From a virus, in the IMG/VR virus record IMGVR_UViG_3300009553_000019, positions 32,001 to 96,000 of that record: 64,000 bases of DNA. One strand, written 5' to 3'. The notes below the pieces were generated by a model. That model was not told the origin of the DNA, did no database searches, and saw only the letters and a list, made by a program, of their open reading frames with translations. Position numbers and translations under genes: made by a program. Below are positions 39,116 to 48,311 of this stretch, in pieces. The first letter of the stretch is position 1; each line of letters begins with the position of its first letter.

Positions 39116-39159
39116 TACTTGATTTCCGAACTTACCATCTTTATTATGTTGTTTGTAGA
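39116..39159 (+). promoter_or_regulatory. Degenerate copy 7 of the phage promoter motif
   Basis: TACTTGATT-N14-CTTTATTATGTT-GTTTGT-AGA; longer spacer, leader with GAGGG SD. Confidence 0.55.
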
Positions 39160-39179
39160 GACTGACTTACTGAGGGAAG

Positions 39180-40133
39180 ATGATCACAGAGCAATTTCTA
39201 GAGCAGTTGCAAGTCCAGTCGCCCGAATTAGGGGCTCAAGTCAAGCGGTGGCTACCAAAATTACAAAACATTGCTAACGATCTCTCTAGGGTTACGGGAG
39301 AGTCTTATGAAGACTGTCTCATGGACGCTATGGAGAAAATGCTGGTAAATGTGGGAGATTGGAAACTCCCACAAGTCCGTCACAATAAGCGAATCTACGA
39401 GGTAGTTGAAGATGGGCCAAACATCACAATTCGTCGTTATGGTTCAACTGAAACTGCAGTCGTAGCAAAAATCGATTGCGAGCCAATTCAGAAAACAGCC
39501 CTTGGTACTTTTGTGTATCAGGGGCTGTTGCAATTTTGCGCTGATAAGTTCGCTAAGCATTATACAGAACGAAATGGTTATCGGCTAGACAAAGAAAATC
39601 CGATGATTGAGAAAAGCTTTCTCGATCGTTCAAAACATGCTGTGGTGAAGAAGAAGGTTAAGAACTACGCTAAGGTGTCAGGTGCCAGGCCAACAAAGAC
39701 TATTCGACGAGAAGATGGTAGTGAGTTTGACGAAATCGACCTAGCTGAAGGTTGGATTGAATCTGCTGAAGATCGACTGGTATTTCAAGGCTATGTCAAC
39801 TTTATTGAAAAGAACCTATCGGAACAAGCAAAGCTTCTGCTAGAGTTTTTGCTAAATGAGAATGGTGATTATCAAGCAAAAGCAGACCTACAAATTCTAG
39901 AAGCTCAGCAGCTAGGAACTCAAATTCCAACGTATAAAAACGACCTGACTAGTGCTGGGAAGTATTTTGGTTGGAACAGAGTACAGCTTAGAGCTTACTG
40001 GTGTGAGATCGTAATGGCGCTACCGTCTGACTTTTCGACAAGGCAGTCTACTGTTAAAAACAGTAATGGCAGGTATAATTCAGTGGTGTTGACGAAGGAA
40101 GTTGCTTTAGGGATTTTGGACTCCAATGACTGA
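39180..40133 (+). CDS. Putative phage sigma70-like factor
   Basis: Region-2-like (ESYEDCLMDAMEKML...TALGTFVYQGL...D) and region-4-like (LSEQAKLLLEFL...SAGKYFGWNRVQL) segments; divergent. Confidence 0.45.
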   Translation: MITEQFLEQLQVQSPELGAQVKRWLPKLQNIANDLSRVTGESYEDCLMDAMEKMLVNVGDWKLPQVRHNKRIYEVVEDGPNITIRRYGSTETAVVAKIDCEPIQKTALGTFVYQGLLQFCADKFAKHYTERNGYRLDKENPMIEKSFLDRSKHAVVKKKVKNYAKVSGARPTKTIRREDGSEFDEIDLAEGWIESAEDRLVFQGYVNFIEKNLSEQAKLLLEFLLNENGDYQAKADLQILEAQQLGTQIPTYKNDLTSAGKYFGWNRVQLRAYWCEIVMALPSDFSTRQSTVKNSNGRYNSVVLTKEVALGILDSND

Positions 40134-41358
40134 AAAAGAACCTGAATCGAATCTAAAATTTTCAATCCTCCCAGAAATACTTCGAGTACAATTAGCTAGG
40201 TGTAGTAAAGTAGCCTCAGATGGGGCGAAGTCAGGTCTTCGTCCAATCTATGGCTATCTGCTGCTGATTGTAGGCGATAGTCTGTTAACCCTTAGAGCTC
40301 ATGACCCTCATGTCACTTTTGAGGGAAGGTGTGTTTGTAGTGAGATTAAATCTGATGGTGAGGCTTTAGTTGAGTGTGAAAAGCTAACCAGTATTCTCAA
40401 GACAAGACCCGATGGATTTGCTATTGACTTTTGGGTAGAAAAAGAATTCTTAAATATCCGTCAAGGAGAGTTTAGAGCTAAACTACCTCTACTACGAAAA
40501 GAGACGATTCCAGCAGTCTCTTTCAAAGGACCATTTCAATTCGAGCTTGAACTAGAACCTCGAATGTTAGATGGGATGACTCGCTGTAGTAAGGTTATCG
40601 AAGAGAAGGCCGATTCTGCCTATGCAGGGCTTTTGGTGGATTTAACCACTGAAGGATTTTTCAGAATTTGTGGGTTTTCTAGAGCTCTTGTTCATGTGGC
40701 TCAGTTCCCTCTAGCTGAAAAGTCATCGCTATTTAGGATGGTGATTTCTCCAAAAGCGTTACCATTGATTGAGACACTTTCTAGGGTTAACCAAACACAT
40801 TTTGGGGTTGACGTTACAAATGCCAAGATTGTGATCAGCTCTCCAGAATGTTCGTTAAGAATCGCATGTGTTGAAGATACATACCCCAAAGCCTACATGG
40901 AGTTTTTGGGGTTGCACAAGATGCAAGACGAGCAGTATTTCTTGACTAAGCTAGACGCTGATGGTCGAGTTATTGATGAGAAGGGTCGAGAAACGATTAG
41001 GTTTAACAAGAACCAGTTCTTAGATGCCCTTGCTTCAGCTGCCAGTGTTCTTGGAAAAGAAGATTTGGCGGTAGAATGCAACATAGCTAAGAAACTAGCT
41101 GATGGTGGAGTGATCGTTGACTTAGTCGGGTTGAATCGATTTACTAAGGCAAAAGCGGAAGAGAAGATCTTAGCAGCTTCTAGTATCAGCTCAGTGTATC
41201 AGCTTGGAATTCACTACGCCAAGGTAAGAGAATGTCTTCGAGATTTTGAAGCAGAGGTAGTTACCTTTCACGTAGGTTCAGCACAGGATCCCTTTTTGAT
41301 GATCGAAGAGGGAAGGTCAGATTTTTGTAGCGTCGGAATCCCTCTAAAGGTATCGTGA
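40126..41358 (+). CDS. dnaN: DnaN-like sliding clamp
   Basis: LRPIYGYLLL, LTLRAHD, YP..Y, and a C-terminal PF...F..VGIPLKV pattern; ~410 aa. Confidence 0.7.
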   Translation: MTEKEPESNLKFSILPEILRVQLARCSKVASDGAKSGLRPIYGYLLLIVGDSLLTLRAHDPHVTFEGRCVCSEIKSDGEALVECEKLTSILKTRPDGFAIDFWVEKEFLNIRQGEFRAKLPLLRKETIPAVSFKGPFQFELELEPRMLDGMTRCSKVIEEKADSAYAGLLVDLTTEGFFRICGFSRALVHVAQFPLAEKSSLFRMVISPKALPLIETLSRVNQTHFGVDVTNAKIVISSPECSLRIACVEDTYPKAYMEFLGLHKMQDEQYFLTKLDADGRVIDEKGRETIRFNKNQFLDALASAASVLGKEDLAVECNIAKKLADGGVIVDLVGLNRFTKAKAEEKILAASSISSVYQLGIHYAKVRECLRDFEAEVVTFHVGSAQDPFLMIEEGRSDFCSVGIPLKVS

Positions 41359-41789
41359 TTAATAGTTTTTCTGGAGAGTACTCATTTCTGTCGAATTTTT
41401 ATCAGATCAATCTGAACGTGATTGATGTCCAGTTAGGACCAATTCTGGTAAGATCTGTTGAGCATGGTTTCCAAGCAGATAAGACGCTTATAGCCAGCCA
41501 ACGTAGACAAATTTTAGAATCGCCTTCAGCTAAGCTAGCCAAGGCTGGTGGAAGAAAAGCGACATTGAGGCCTGATTGGAAGCAAGTCAAAATTGCTTCG
41601 ATGTATAATTGGCTGAGTAAGAAGTTTGCTATTCCAGAGCTAAAAGAGAAGTTGTTAGCAACCGGAGTTCAAACTTTGGTTGAAGGCAACACTTGGGGAG
41701 ATACTTTCTGGGGTGTTTGTGATGGTAAAGGTCAAAACAATTTAGGTAAGCTGTTGATGGAACTACGGGAGCAGTTACGTGGAACCTGA
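41355..41789 (+). CDS. NADAR (YbiA-family) hydrolase
   Basis: FLSNFY, SVEHGFQADK, RPDW, KF, LLATG..TLVEGNTWGDTFWG...GQNNLGKLLMELRE. Confidence 0.93.
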   Translation: MINSFSGEYSFLSNFYQINLNVIDVQLGPILVRSVEHGFQADKTLIASQRRQILESPSAKLAKAGGRKATLRPDWKQVKIASMYNWLSKKFAIPELKEKLLATGVQTLVEGNTWGDTFWGVCDGKGQNNLGKLLMELREQLRGT

Positions 41790-42348
41790 AGAGAAAACGA
41801 AGAAGAAATACCCACCAGACTTAGTAAGAAAATTGGCCATGTTTTTGACTGGCCACAAAGGGAATGAAGCACTAAACCGATTGGCGAAACAATTGGTAAT
41901 TGGCGCTGTAAAAGATAAGGGGTTCACAGATCATCAGAACGATAATCTGCCAGAAGTCTATGAGCGCCCTTATGTAGTGTTAGGACATTTCAATGTCTTG
42001 ACAAGATTTTCTATTGCTTCAGATGCTGGAAGGTTCAGCTGGGATTTTGCTTCAGGAATTTCTGATGGGCAGCGTCTAGCGGGTTTTGCCTCAGCAAAGG
42101 GACGATCATCTCATTGGGTTGGAGATGGAGCAGAGAAACTCTGGAAAGAGTTAAACATAGCAGGGGCTGTGTTAGTAGGTCTTTACGATGGGGATATCCG
42201 GTTCTTTTACATAGATAAAGAAGAGTTTTTTAGTCTAGGTACAGACAGGATTAACCCAAAAACAGATTCTGAGAATTTGGTAGTTTGGGAAGAGAATTGG
42301 AATAGATTGACGTTTCAACAGACTTTTGCTGGCATATTTGGGAGCTAA
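41779..42348 (+). CDS. Hypothetical protein
   Basis: 189-aa ORF tiling between NADAR and QueD. Confidence 0.55.
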   Translation: MEPEEKTKKKYPPDLVRKLAMFLTGHKGNEALNRLAKQLVIGAVKDKGFTDHQNDNLPEVYERPYVVLGHFNVLTRFSIASDAGRFSWDFASGISDGQRLAGFASAKGRSSHWVGDGAEKLWKELNIAGAVLVGLYDGDIRFFYIDKEEFFSLGTDRINPKTDSENLVVWEENWNRLTFQQTFAGIFGS

Positions 42349-42349
42349 A

Positions 42350-43093
42350 ATGGGAATTACTGATTCGGTTAGTCGCACAGAAGCTTTAGAATTATTGCAT
42401 GCAGATTATCTAGTCGACCTAGAGTCATCTAAGAAAATTCTTGAGATTAGAAAAACAGCTCTTGCAAAAACTCCAAAACATGATCCTGTATATCCAAATT
42501 TGGAAGAAGATGTTGTTGCACAACAGGCCTTTATTGAAGGGTTGCCACTACGTCATTTAGAGGCAAAGGTTAAAATCGAAAGAGATTTCCTAGCCATTGA
42601 ATCCAGCAAAGCTTCGTTAGGAAGTAAGTTGCAGGGTTATCGATATCTGTCTACCAAGACGTTTAAAGTTGGCTCAGTAGCATTTAGACAATGGCGTGCG
42701 AAAAGCCATTGCTCGTTTGTCCACGGTTACCACCTGTCATTTAAGGTTTGGTTTGCTGCAAAAACCTTAGATGACAAGAATTGGGTGGCGGATTTTGGTA
42801 GCTTTAAAGATAATGGTATCAAAAGTTTTCTAGCGGAAACTTTTGATCATAAGACCTGTGTTGCAGGTGACGATCCACTCCTCGAATGGTTTAAAAATGG
42901 AGAATCAGCTTTTGGCTTAGTCCTTAGAGTTTTTGAGGGAGGGGTGGGTTGCGAGAAGTTTGCTGAATTTGTATTCAAGCAGATCGGTGGTAGAGTTTTG
43001 ATAGATTCTTTGAATAGGGTTAGAGTTGTTAAAGTAGAGTGTTTTGAAGATGGTACTGATAATTCAGCAATTTATGAAGAGCAATCTCTATGA
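42350..43093 (+). CDS. queD: QueD-like 6-carboxytetrahydropterin synthase with N-terminal helical extension
   Basis: CSFVHGY, WVADFG, FDHK, GCEKFAE and E...NSA motifs; ATG 42350 after GGAG. Confidence 0.88.
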   Translation: MGITDSVSRTEALELLHADYLVDLESSKKILEIRKTALAKTPKHDPVYPNLEEDVVAQQAFIEGLPLRHLEAKVKIERDFLAIESSKASLGSKLQGYRYLSTKTFKVGSVAFRQWRAKSHCSFVHGYHLSFKVWFAAKTLDDKNWVADFGSFKDNGIKSFLAETFDHKTCVAGDDPLLEWFKNGESAFGLVLRVFEGGVGCEKFAEFVFKQIGGRVLIDSLNRVRVVKVECFEDGTDNSAIYEEQSL

Positions 43094-43845
43094 CTGATTT
43101 GAGTAGTCTAAAAGCCCCGATTACTGAAATTTATACAGATACACTTCAGGGAGAAGGATCAACTGTAGGCAAGCTCTGCTCTTTTATCCGTTACACTGGA
43201 TGTCATCGAGAATGTTCATGGTGTGACTCCAAGCAGACTTGGAAACCGGGTATGATTGAGACTAGGAAAATGTCTGTTCAAGAGCAGGTAGATTTCTTAG
43301 TTGCTGGTAAAGCAAGAAGACTTATCATAACTGGTGGGGAGCCATTGTTGCATCAAGATAAACCTTACTTTCAAGAGCTGATAAAAGCTCTGTTTAGTGA
43401 AGGGTTCTGTTTTGAAGTGGAGACAGAAGGTACTCATGCTCCCAATCGATTTTTAGCTATGGCTGCTCATAGCGGGTTGCAGTTTAACTGCTCTCCTAAA
43501 CTTAAGTTAGCAGGGATGGGAGATCTTTCCGATGAGTATGCAAAGAAGCTACCTTTTTATGTATCAGCAACCTCCTTGTCAATGCTGTACGGATTAGGTG
43601 CGATCTTTAAGTTTGTAGTGGTTTCTGCTGATGATGTGGTTGAAGCGCTAGCTTTACTGCATAAGGCAATCCCAGACTCGGATACTAACCAACTGAGGAA
43701 ACGGATGTACATTATGCCAGAAGGTGTTACTAGAGAAGTTCAGCTAGAACGAATGCTAGCTGTGATTGATCTAGCAATCGAGTATGGTGTAAACTTTAGT
43801 CCCCGTCTTCATGTACTTCGCTGGAATGATAAGAAGGGCGTTTAA
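43090..43845 (+). CDS. queE: QueE 7-carboxy-7-deazaguanine synthase (radical SAM)
   Basis: EIY.TLQGEG, GCHRECSWCDS, TGGEPLL, ETEGT, CSPK, KFVV and SPRLH motifs. Confidence 0.93.
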   Translation: MTDLSSLKAPITEIYTDTLQGEGSTVGKLCSFIRYTGCHRECSWCDSKQTWKPGMIETRKMSVQEQVDFLVAGKARRLIITGGEPLLHQDKPYFQELIKALFSEGFCFEVETEGTHAPNRFLAMAAHSGLQFNCSPKLKLAGMGDLSDEYAKKLPFYVSATSLSMLYGLGAIFKFVVVSADDVVEALALLHKAIPDSDTNQLRKRMYIMPEGVTREVQLERMLAVIDLAIEYGVNFSPRLHVLRWNDKKGV

Positions 43846-43847
43846 AT

Positions 43848-44252
43848 ATGTCTGAGTATAAACCCAATGAGAAGCTACGTGAATTAGCTCTTAGCATGGC
43901 TTCATTTATTGCAGCTATTGATTCTTCTAGCTCTGACGTAGCAGAATATATCGAACGAAGGCTATCACCTTTAATCGAGTTGATGGAAATCGATGCTAAA
44001 GTTGAAGAAGTTATAGATCGTTGTGGTTGGGATGGAAGAACATTGGAAGCAATGCGAATTGGAGCTCCAGTTAGAAAGTTGAAACACTGTCCAGCTGGTC
44101 TAGAAGAGAAATCACGAGAACTCCACCGTGAGTACCAATTGTTAGCTAAAGCTCAAGAAGCTGGAGCTGATAATAGAGCTGACGTTATTAGGGTGACTGA
44201 TGAATGCAACAGACTTGGAATCATACTAGTCCCAAACGGAGAGAATCTTTAA
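43848..44252 (+). CDS. Hypothetical protein
   Basis: Tiles after queE. Confidence 0.55.
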   Translation: MSEYKPNEKLRELALSMASFIAAIDSSSSDVAEYIERRLSPLIELMEIDAKVEEVIDRCGWDGRTLEAMRIGAPVRKLKHCPAGLEEKSRELHREYQLLAKAQEAGADNRADVIRVTDECNRLGIILVPNGENL

Positions 44253-44261
44253 CTCTAGCTC

Positions 44262-44279
44262 TGGTAGAATTGATTAGTG
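44262..44279 (+). promoter_or_regulatory. Extended -10 promoter, leaderless GTG
   Basis: TGgTAGAAT, then 6 nt, then GTG 44277; no SD. Confidence 0.5.
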
Positions 44280-44657
44280 CTAAATCCAGTTATTCCTGAC
44301 GAATCTGAAATTGTTAAGTACGAACCACATAAGGTATTTCCAGTAAATGCAGAGCTATCAGAAACAAGTTCAGTAGTAGGTTTGCCCTGCGAGTTTTGTA
44401 ATCGATACTGCAAAACAGTAGGTAAGGCAAAAGACGAAGTTCTACAGGTTCAAGTTACACCAACTGGCTTTGAGTATAAGCGTTGGGGTGGTGGTGAGCT
44501 TGTTTGGCGTTGTGGAAGATGTGAATCGTTGAAACGTACAGTGACTTTAAAGGGAATGATTGTCGTTCCTGGGAAAATTCCGGAAAACAATCCAGAGGAT
44601 GTTAAGAAAATGGTTGGAGATAGGGTCTTTTCAGAAGTAAACGGGAAGAAATGGTGA
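44277..44657 (+). CDS. Zinc-ribbon protein
   Basis: CEFC...CGRC. Confidence 0.55.
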   Translation: MLNPVIPDESEIVKYEPHKVFPVNAELSETSSVVGLPCEFCNRYCKTVGKAKDEVLQVQVTPTGFEYKRWGGGELVWRCGRCESLKRTVTLKGMIVVPGKIPENNPEDVKKMVGDRVFSEVNGKKW

Positions 44658-45367
44658 ATCTGATGGAAATTGCGCCTAAAGTAAAACTGACGTTACCAAT
44701 TCTAGATGAGGTAAACCAATTCTCTCGATTGAATTTAAACCCTGAGAGGTTAAATCAGGTGCCTTGCTTTTCTGATGCATTGTTAAACGTGCATATGTGC
44801 AACCCTGACGTTCCTCCAGAGGGTAGCGAGCCAGTCTGCTCTATTCATTGGATTTGTAAATGCTTCCTCGGTGCTAGAATGGGGGTTGGACTAGCTCCAG
44901 ACGAACCCTATAATTTCGAGAAATCTAAGGCTTTTTGTAAACAGCTTACATATGCTAAGCTAATGGAAGCAATTAAAGCTAAGCAGGGTCTATTGGTGGA
45001 AAAAGATGCTCCAACATTGGTTGAAGAGAGTATCTCAGAAGAAAAGCTAAAAGAGGCTGAATTGGCTAAACCTCTTACTGAATCAGTAGAGGTTAAAGCC
45101 CCAAAGAATGCCACAGTAGTAGTTGCTAAAGAGCCAAAAGAGCAAGTCTCTAAAGAAGCTATAGGCAGTTATAAGCCTGGTTCTCAGGGTCATTACATTC
45201 TCTCCAATCTTCAGGTATCGGTAGAAACTCCCAAAAATGATATTTGGGTTAAAGTTGCAGCTAAGGGTTGGAGTTCAGAAAAGACATTCGAAAAGACGTT
45301 AGCTAAGTTGATTGAAGAGAAGCTACTTGAAATGCCAACTGCAGATACGCTTGTTCGAAAGGCTTGA
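44651..45367 (+). CDS. Cys-rich protein with possible C-terminal winged helix
   Basis: PCF..C...C.....CKC cluster, charged linker, helical C-terminus. Confidence 0.5.
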   Translation: MVNLMEIAPKVKLTLPILDEVNQFSRLNLNPERLNQVPCFSDALLNVHMCNPDVPPEGSEPVCSIHWICKCFLGARMGVGLAPDEPYNFEKSKAFCKQLTYAKLMEAIKAKQGLLVEKDAPTLVEESISEEKLKEAELAKPLTESVEVKAPKNATVVVAKEPKEQVSKEAIGSYKPGSQGHYILSNLQVSVETPKNDIWVKVAAKGWSSEKTFEKTLAKLIEEKLLEMPTADTLVRKA

Positions 45368-45370
45368 TTT

Positions 45371-45655
45371 ATGGCTGATACTCGTGTTGATTCGATTCGT
45401 GAGATTCTTGAAGATTTGGTTATGCTGTTGGTGGACTTTCCAGATGAGGTAAAGGTTGAGATTGCTGGAACTGCGGATACTGTGGTATTTACTCTGAAGG
45501 TTCATGATGACGATATTGGTAAGGTCATTGGCCGACAAGGAGTAGTTGCACATAGCTTGAGAACCTTAGTAATCAGCTGCTGTGGTAGGTTGAAGAAGCA
45601 GGCTATCCTTGAGATTCCAGCTAAACCTAAAGATGGAGTTGAGAGAGGGAAATAA
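45371..45655 (+). CDS. khpA: KH-domain RNA-binding protein (KhpA/YlqC-like)
   Basis: LVDFPDEVKV...LKVHDDDIGKVIGRQG.VAHSLRTLV. Confidence 0.9.
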   Translation: MADTRVDSIREILEDLVMLLVDFPDEVKVEIAGTADTVVFTLKVHDDDIGKVIGRQGVVAHSLRTLVISCCGRLKKQAILEIPAKPKDGVERGK

Positions 45656-46866
45656 TGTCTCAACGTTTGATTGAGAGTGGACCTCATAAGGGTAAGCCAG
45701 CGCTAACAAAAGCAGAGGTTCTTTTTACCAGAAGATGCCCTCTTAGATGTTCCGGGTGCTCTATTTTCAGAGTTGACGAAAATGGGGTTACCGACAACAA
45801 TCAAGCTGATGCTGAAGAAGCAACAATGGATGAGTGGTTCAGAACTCTTGATAATTTATCAGAGTTGGGAACGCAGTTCATAGCTTTGTATGGTGCAGAG
45901 CCTGCCCAAGTACCTAACAGAGTTGCTAGTTTTCTTCATTATGCAGAGAATATCGTTAAGATTCCAACATCTGTGATTACGTCTGGTGTTGGGCTTACGA
46001 CAGACATTCTAGATTTATGGTGGAATTCTGGTCTTAGATCATTGACGATGTCGGTTGATGGCCTGGCTGATGATCAGACTTCATCTGTTTCAAGTAAGGT
46101 TAAGACGAACAAAGCCTGGCAGTTTTTGAAGTACTGGGTTGAGAAGTATGGTTCTCAGATGCGGGATGCTGAGGGCTGTATGACCTTAACCAGGAAGAAT
46201 GTAGCAGTTCTTCCAGAGCTAATTAAGGTCATGACAGATAAAAATGTCTGGCTGCATTTCGATATGATTCACTCAAATCGAGGTCAACCTTATAGTAAGG
46301 TTGAACGTCATGTAGATTTGACTGGTCTTATGTTTGAGTCTGATGAAGACGTTCAGATTTTGAACGAAGCAATTGACCAAGTCATAGCGATGAAGTCTGG
46401 GGGTTATTTGATTCATCCATCGGTTGAATCATTGATTGGTATGAAAAAGCATGGACCAAAGATGGATTGGCAGTGCTGTCAAGGGGAAAGTGGCTTTTTA
46501 GGGTTTGTTACGGTGGATCCAAATTGTGTGATTCGACCATGCGATGATTTTCTTCCACCAGAGATGGATACACCAAAGGACCATGCTAGAGTTAGTCCTG
46601 AACGACTTGGAAAGCAAGTAGTAAGGGATGGTAACAAAAAGGTGTTAAGACTGCTTCCACAGTCGTATGACTTGGATGTGCCTAGTACTCCAGTCTTTGG
46701 TTGGGAACTATCTGCCAGGTTTGAAGAGTACAAGAAACGTACTAAAGAAATGGTTGAGAAGCACAATTGTCGTTGCTATTGGGCTACTCATGCTGACGCT
46801 CAATCCATCTATGAAGGTAGAGTTTCGATCGAGCATTACATCCATCGACAAATTTCTGACACGTGA
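45655..46866 (+). CDS. Radical SAM enzyme with auxiliary Cys cluster (SPASM/twitch-like)
   Basis: CPLRCSGC, YGAEP, SVDG; C-terminal CC...VDP.C.IRPCD...CRC. Confidence 0.85.
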   Translation: MSQRLIESGPHKGKPALTKAEVLFTRRCPLRCSGCSIFRVDENGVTDNNQADAEEATMDEWFRTLDNLSELGTQFIALYGAEPAQVPNRVASFLHYAENIVKIPTSVITSGVGLTTDILDLWWNSGLRSLTMSVDGLADDQTSSVSSKVKTNKAWQFLKYWVEKYGSQMRDAEGCMTLTRKNVAVLPELIKVMTDKNVWLHFDMIHSNRGQPYSKVERHVDLTGLMFESDEDVQILNEAIDQVIAMKSGGYLIHPSVESLIGMKKHGPKMDWQCCQGESGFLGFVTVDPNCVIRPCDDFLPPEMDTPKDHARVSPERLGKQVVRDGNKKVLRLLPQSYDLDVPSTPVFGWELSARFEEYKKRTKEMVEKHNCRCYWATHADAQSIYEGRVSIEHYIHRQISDT

Positions 46867-46872
46867 AACCAA

Positions 46873-47622
46873 TTGAAACAAATGGAAAACAGACTAAAAG
46901 TTGTCAAGAATTCTGTAGTAGAATACCAGTATCAGTTTAGGTGTTACACTGAGCCAACGGTATTGTCTTCTTTGCACCCCAGTTGGTATACTCACGACGA
47001 TGAACAAGAAGTTAGAGATCGTGTCTGGCATATTGAGAATGGTGCATGGATTTTTGATGTTGGGGCTGCCTATGGAAGCTATACTCTAGCAGCGTTGGCA
47101 CAAGGTGCAGAAAAAACTTTTAGTTGGTCTCTAGAAGGTGGGATCGATGAGTTAACTGAAGTTGAGCTCCTCAAAGAGTCATTAGCTTTAAATGGTTGGC
47201 AAGACAGAGCTAGGTTATTTAATACAGGACTGTATAGCAGGGATGGGTGGCTAGATGTGATGTCACAGCAGTTCTACTCTATAGCACCTAGCTTAGAAGA
47301 AAGAGTTGGGAAGCCAATTTTTAAGGTTAGTAAGCTTGACACCTGGCTAGAAGATTTCATTGCGGAAGGTTTTGATTTTTCTGTTAGTCGACCCTATTGG
47401 TTGAAGCTGGATGTAGAGGGTGCTGAGGTAGAGGTTCTAAAAGGTGCTGAAAACCTCATTAAAACTCTTCGTCCAAAAATTTCAGTAGAAAACCACACGT
47501 TTAAAGACACTTCGATTCCAGAACGTGTTAGGCAATTAGTTGAAAGCCACGGTTATCAACACATTGAAACTGTACCACATGGTGTCGTAAGCCACAGCTT
47601 TTACCTACCTTTGAAGCTATGA
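46873..47622 (+). CDS. FkbM-family methyltransferase
   Basis: FDVGAAYGSYT, KLDTW, LKLDVEGAEVEVLKGA, RPKISVENH. Confidence 0.9.
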   Translation: MKQMENRLKVVKNSVVEYQYQFRCYTEPTVLSSLHPSWYTHDDEQEVRDRVWHIENGAWIFDVGAAYGSYTLAALAQGAEKTFSWSLEGGIDELTEVELLKESLALNGWQDRARLFNTGLYSRDGWLDVMSQQFYSIAPSLEERVGKPIFKVSKLDTWLEDFIAEGFDFSVSRPYWLKLDVEGAEVEVLKGAENLIKTLRPKISVENHTFKDTSIPERVRQLVESHGYQHIETVPHGVVSHSFYLPLKL

Positions 47623-47804
47623 GTTGTCAACATACGAAAACAGTTCGAGGCGAAGACATACCAAGAAGGTATGGTTCATATCGATCTGAAGTATGCAAAG
47701 ATTGCGGTAAGTTTCGTAGGCTAAATCACCATGATGAAGTTGTGGGAGATTGGCAACCAGCTGAAGAGTATGCCTCAGCTATAGAGAAAGACGAAGAGCT
47801 ATGA
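47619..47804 (+). CDS. Small Zn-binding hypothetical protein
   Basis: CQH...CKDCG. Confidence 0.5.
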   Translation: MSCQHTKTVRGEDIPRRYGSYRSEVCKDCGKFRRLNHHDEVVGDWQPAEEYASAIEKDEEL

Positions 47805-47998
47805 AAGTAAAATGGCTAACCGTATCTTCTGTCGAAGATATTCCCGGTGGAGTTGCGGTTAAGTTTTCAGCCCTCACCAATTCGAAATTAGTGGAAGTGA
47901 TGATACTGAATATGGATAAAACAGACTACAAAGTTGGGGAACGGATTTACTTGGTTAGCGAACTTTCTTTACGCTCATTGGGCTTTGTGATTGATTGA
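47801..47998 (+). CDS. Hypothetical protein
   Basis: ATGA overlap. Confidence 0.45.
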   Translation: MKVKWLTVSSVEDIPGGVAVKFSALTNSKLVEVMILNMDKTDYKVGERIYLVSELSLRSLGFVID

Positions 47999-48311
47999 GA
48001 TTTGTCGAAACACTATGAATCATACTTGCCATGCTATTGATTGCACTAAGCAAGTTCCACCAAAGATGTTTATGTGTCTAAAGCATTGGAGAATGGTTCC
48101 TAAAAAGCTTCAGATCACAGTTTGGAATCAGTATCGACCTGGCCAAGAAATTGATAAACAACCTTCACTGTATTACCTGTCAGTACAGCAAATGGCAGTG
48201 GCAGAAGTAGCAAGATTAGAAGGTAAAATAGAACAAGCTAGTGTCTGTTTTCAAGACAGTTTAAAGTATGGTACAGCAGCAAAAGAAGCTGGAGAAGTTT
48301 GGAGAGGTTGA
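47991..48311 (+). CDS. Conserved phage Zn-binding protein
   Basis: CHAIDC...MFMCLKHW..VP..LQ..VW..YRPGQE; true start may be the downstream ATG (MNHTC). Confidence 0.6.
   Translation: MIEICRNTMNHTCHAIDCTKQVPPKMFMCLKHWRMVPKKLQITVWNQYRPGQEIDKQPSLYYLSVQQMAVAEVARLEGKIEQASVCFQDSLKYGTAAKEAGEVWRG

Noticed and set aside
17842-39159. Dispersed ~40-bp repeats as a CRISPR array or integron attC sites
   Set aside because: Copies are 0.8-10 kb apart, separated by whole genes, have -35/-10 geometry, and no cas or integrase gene is present.
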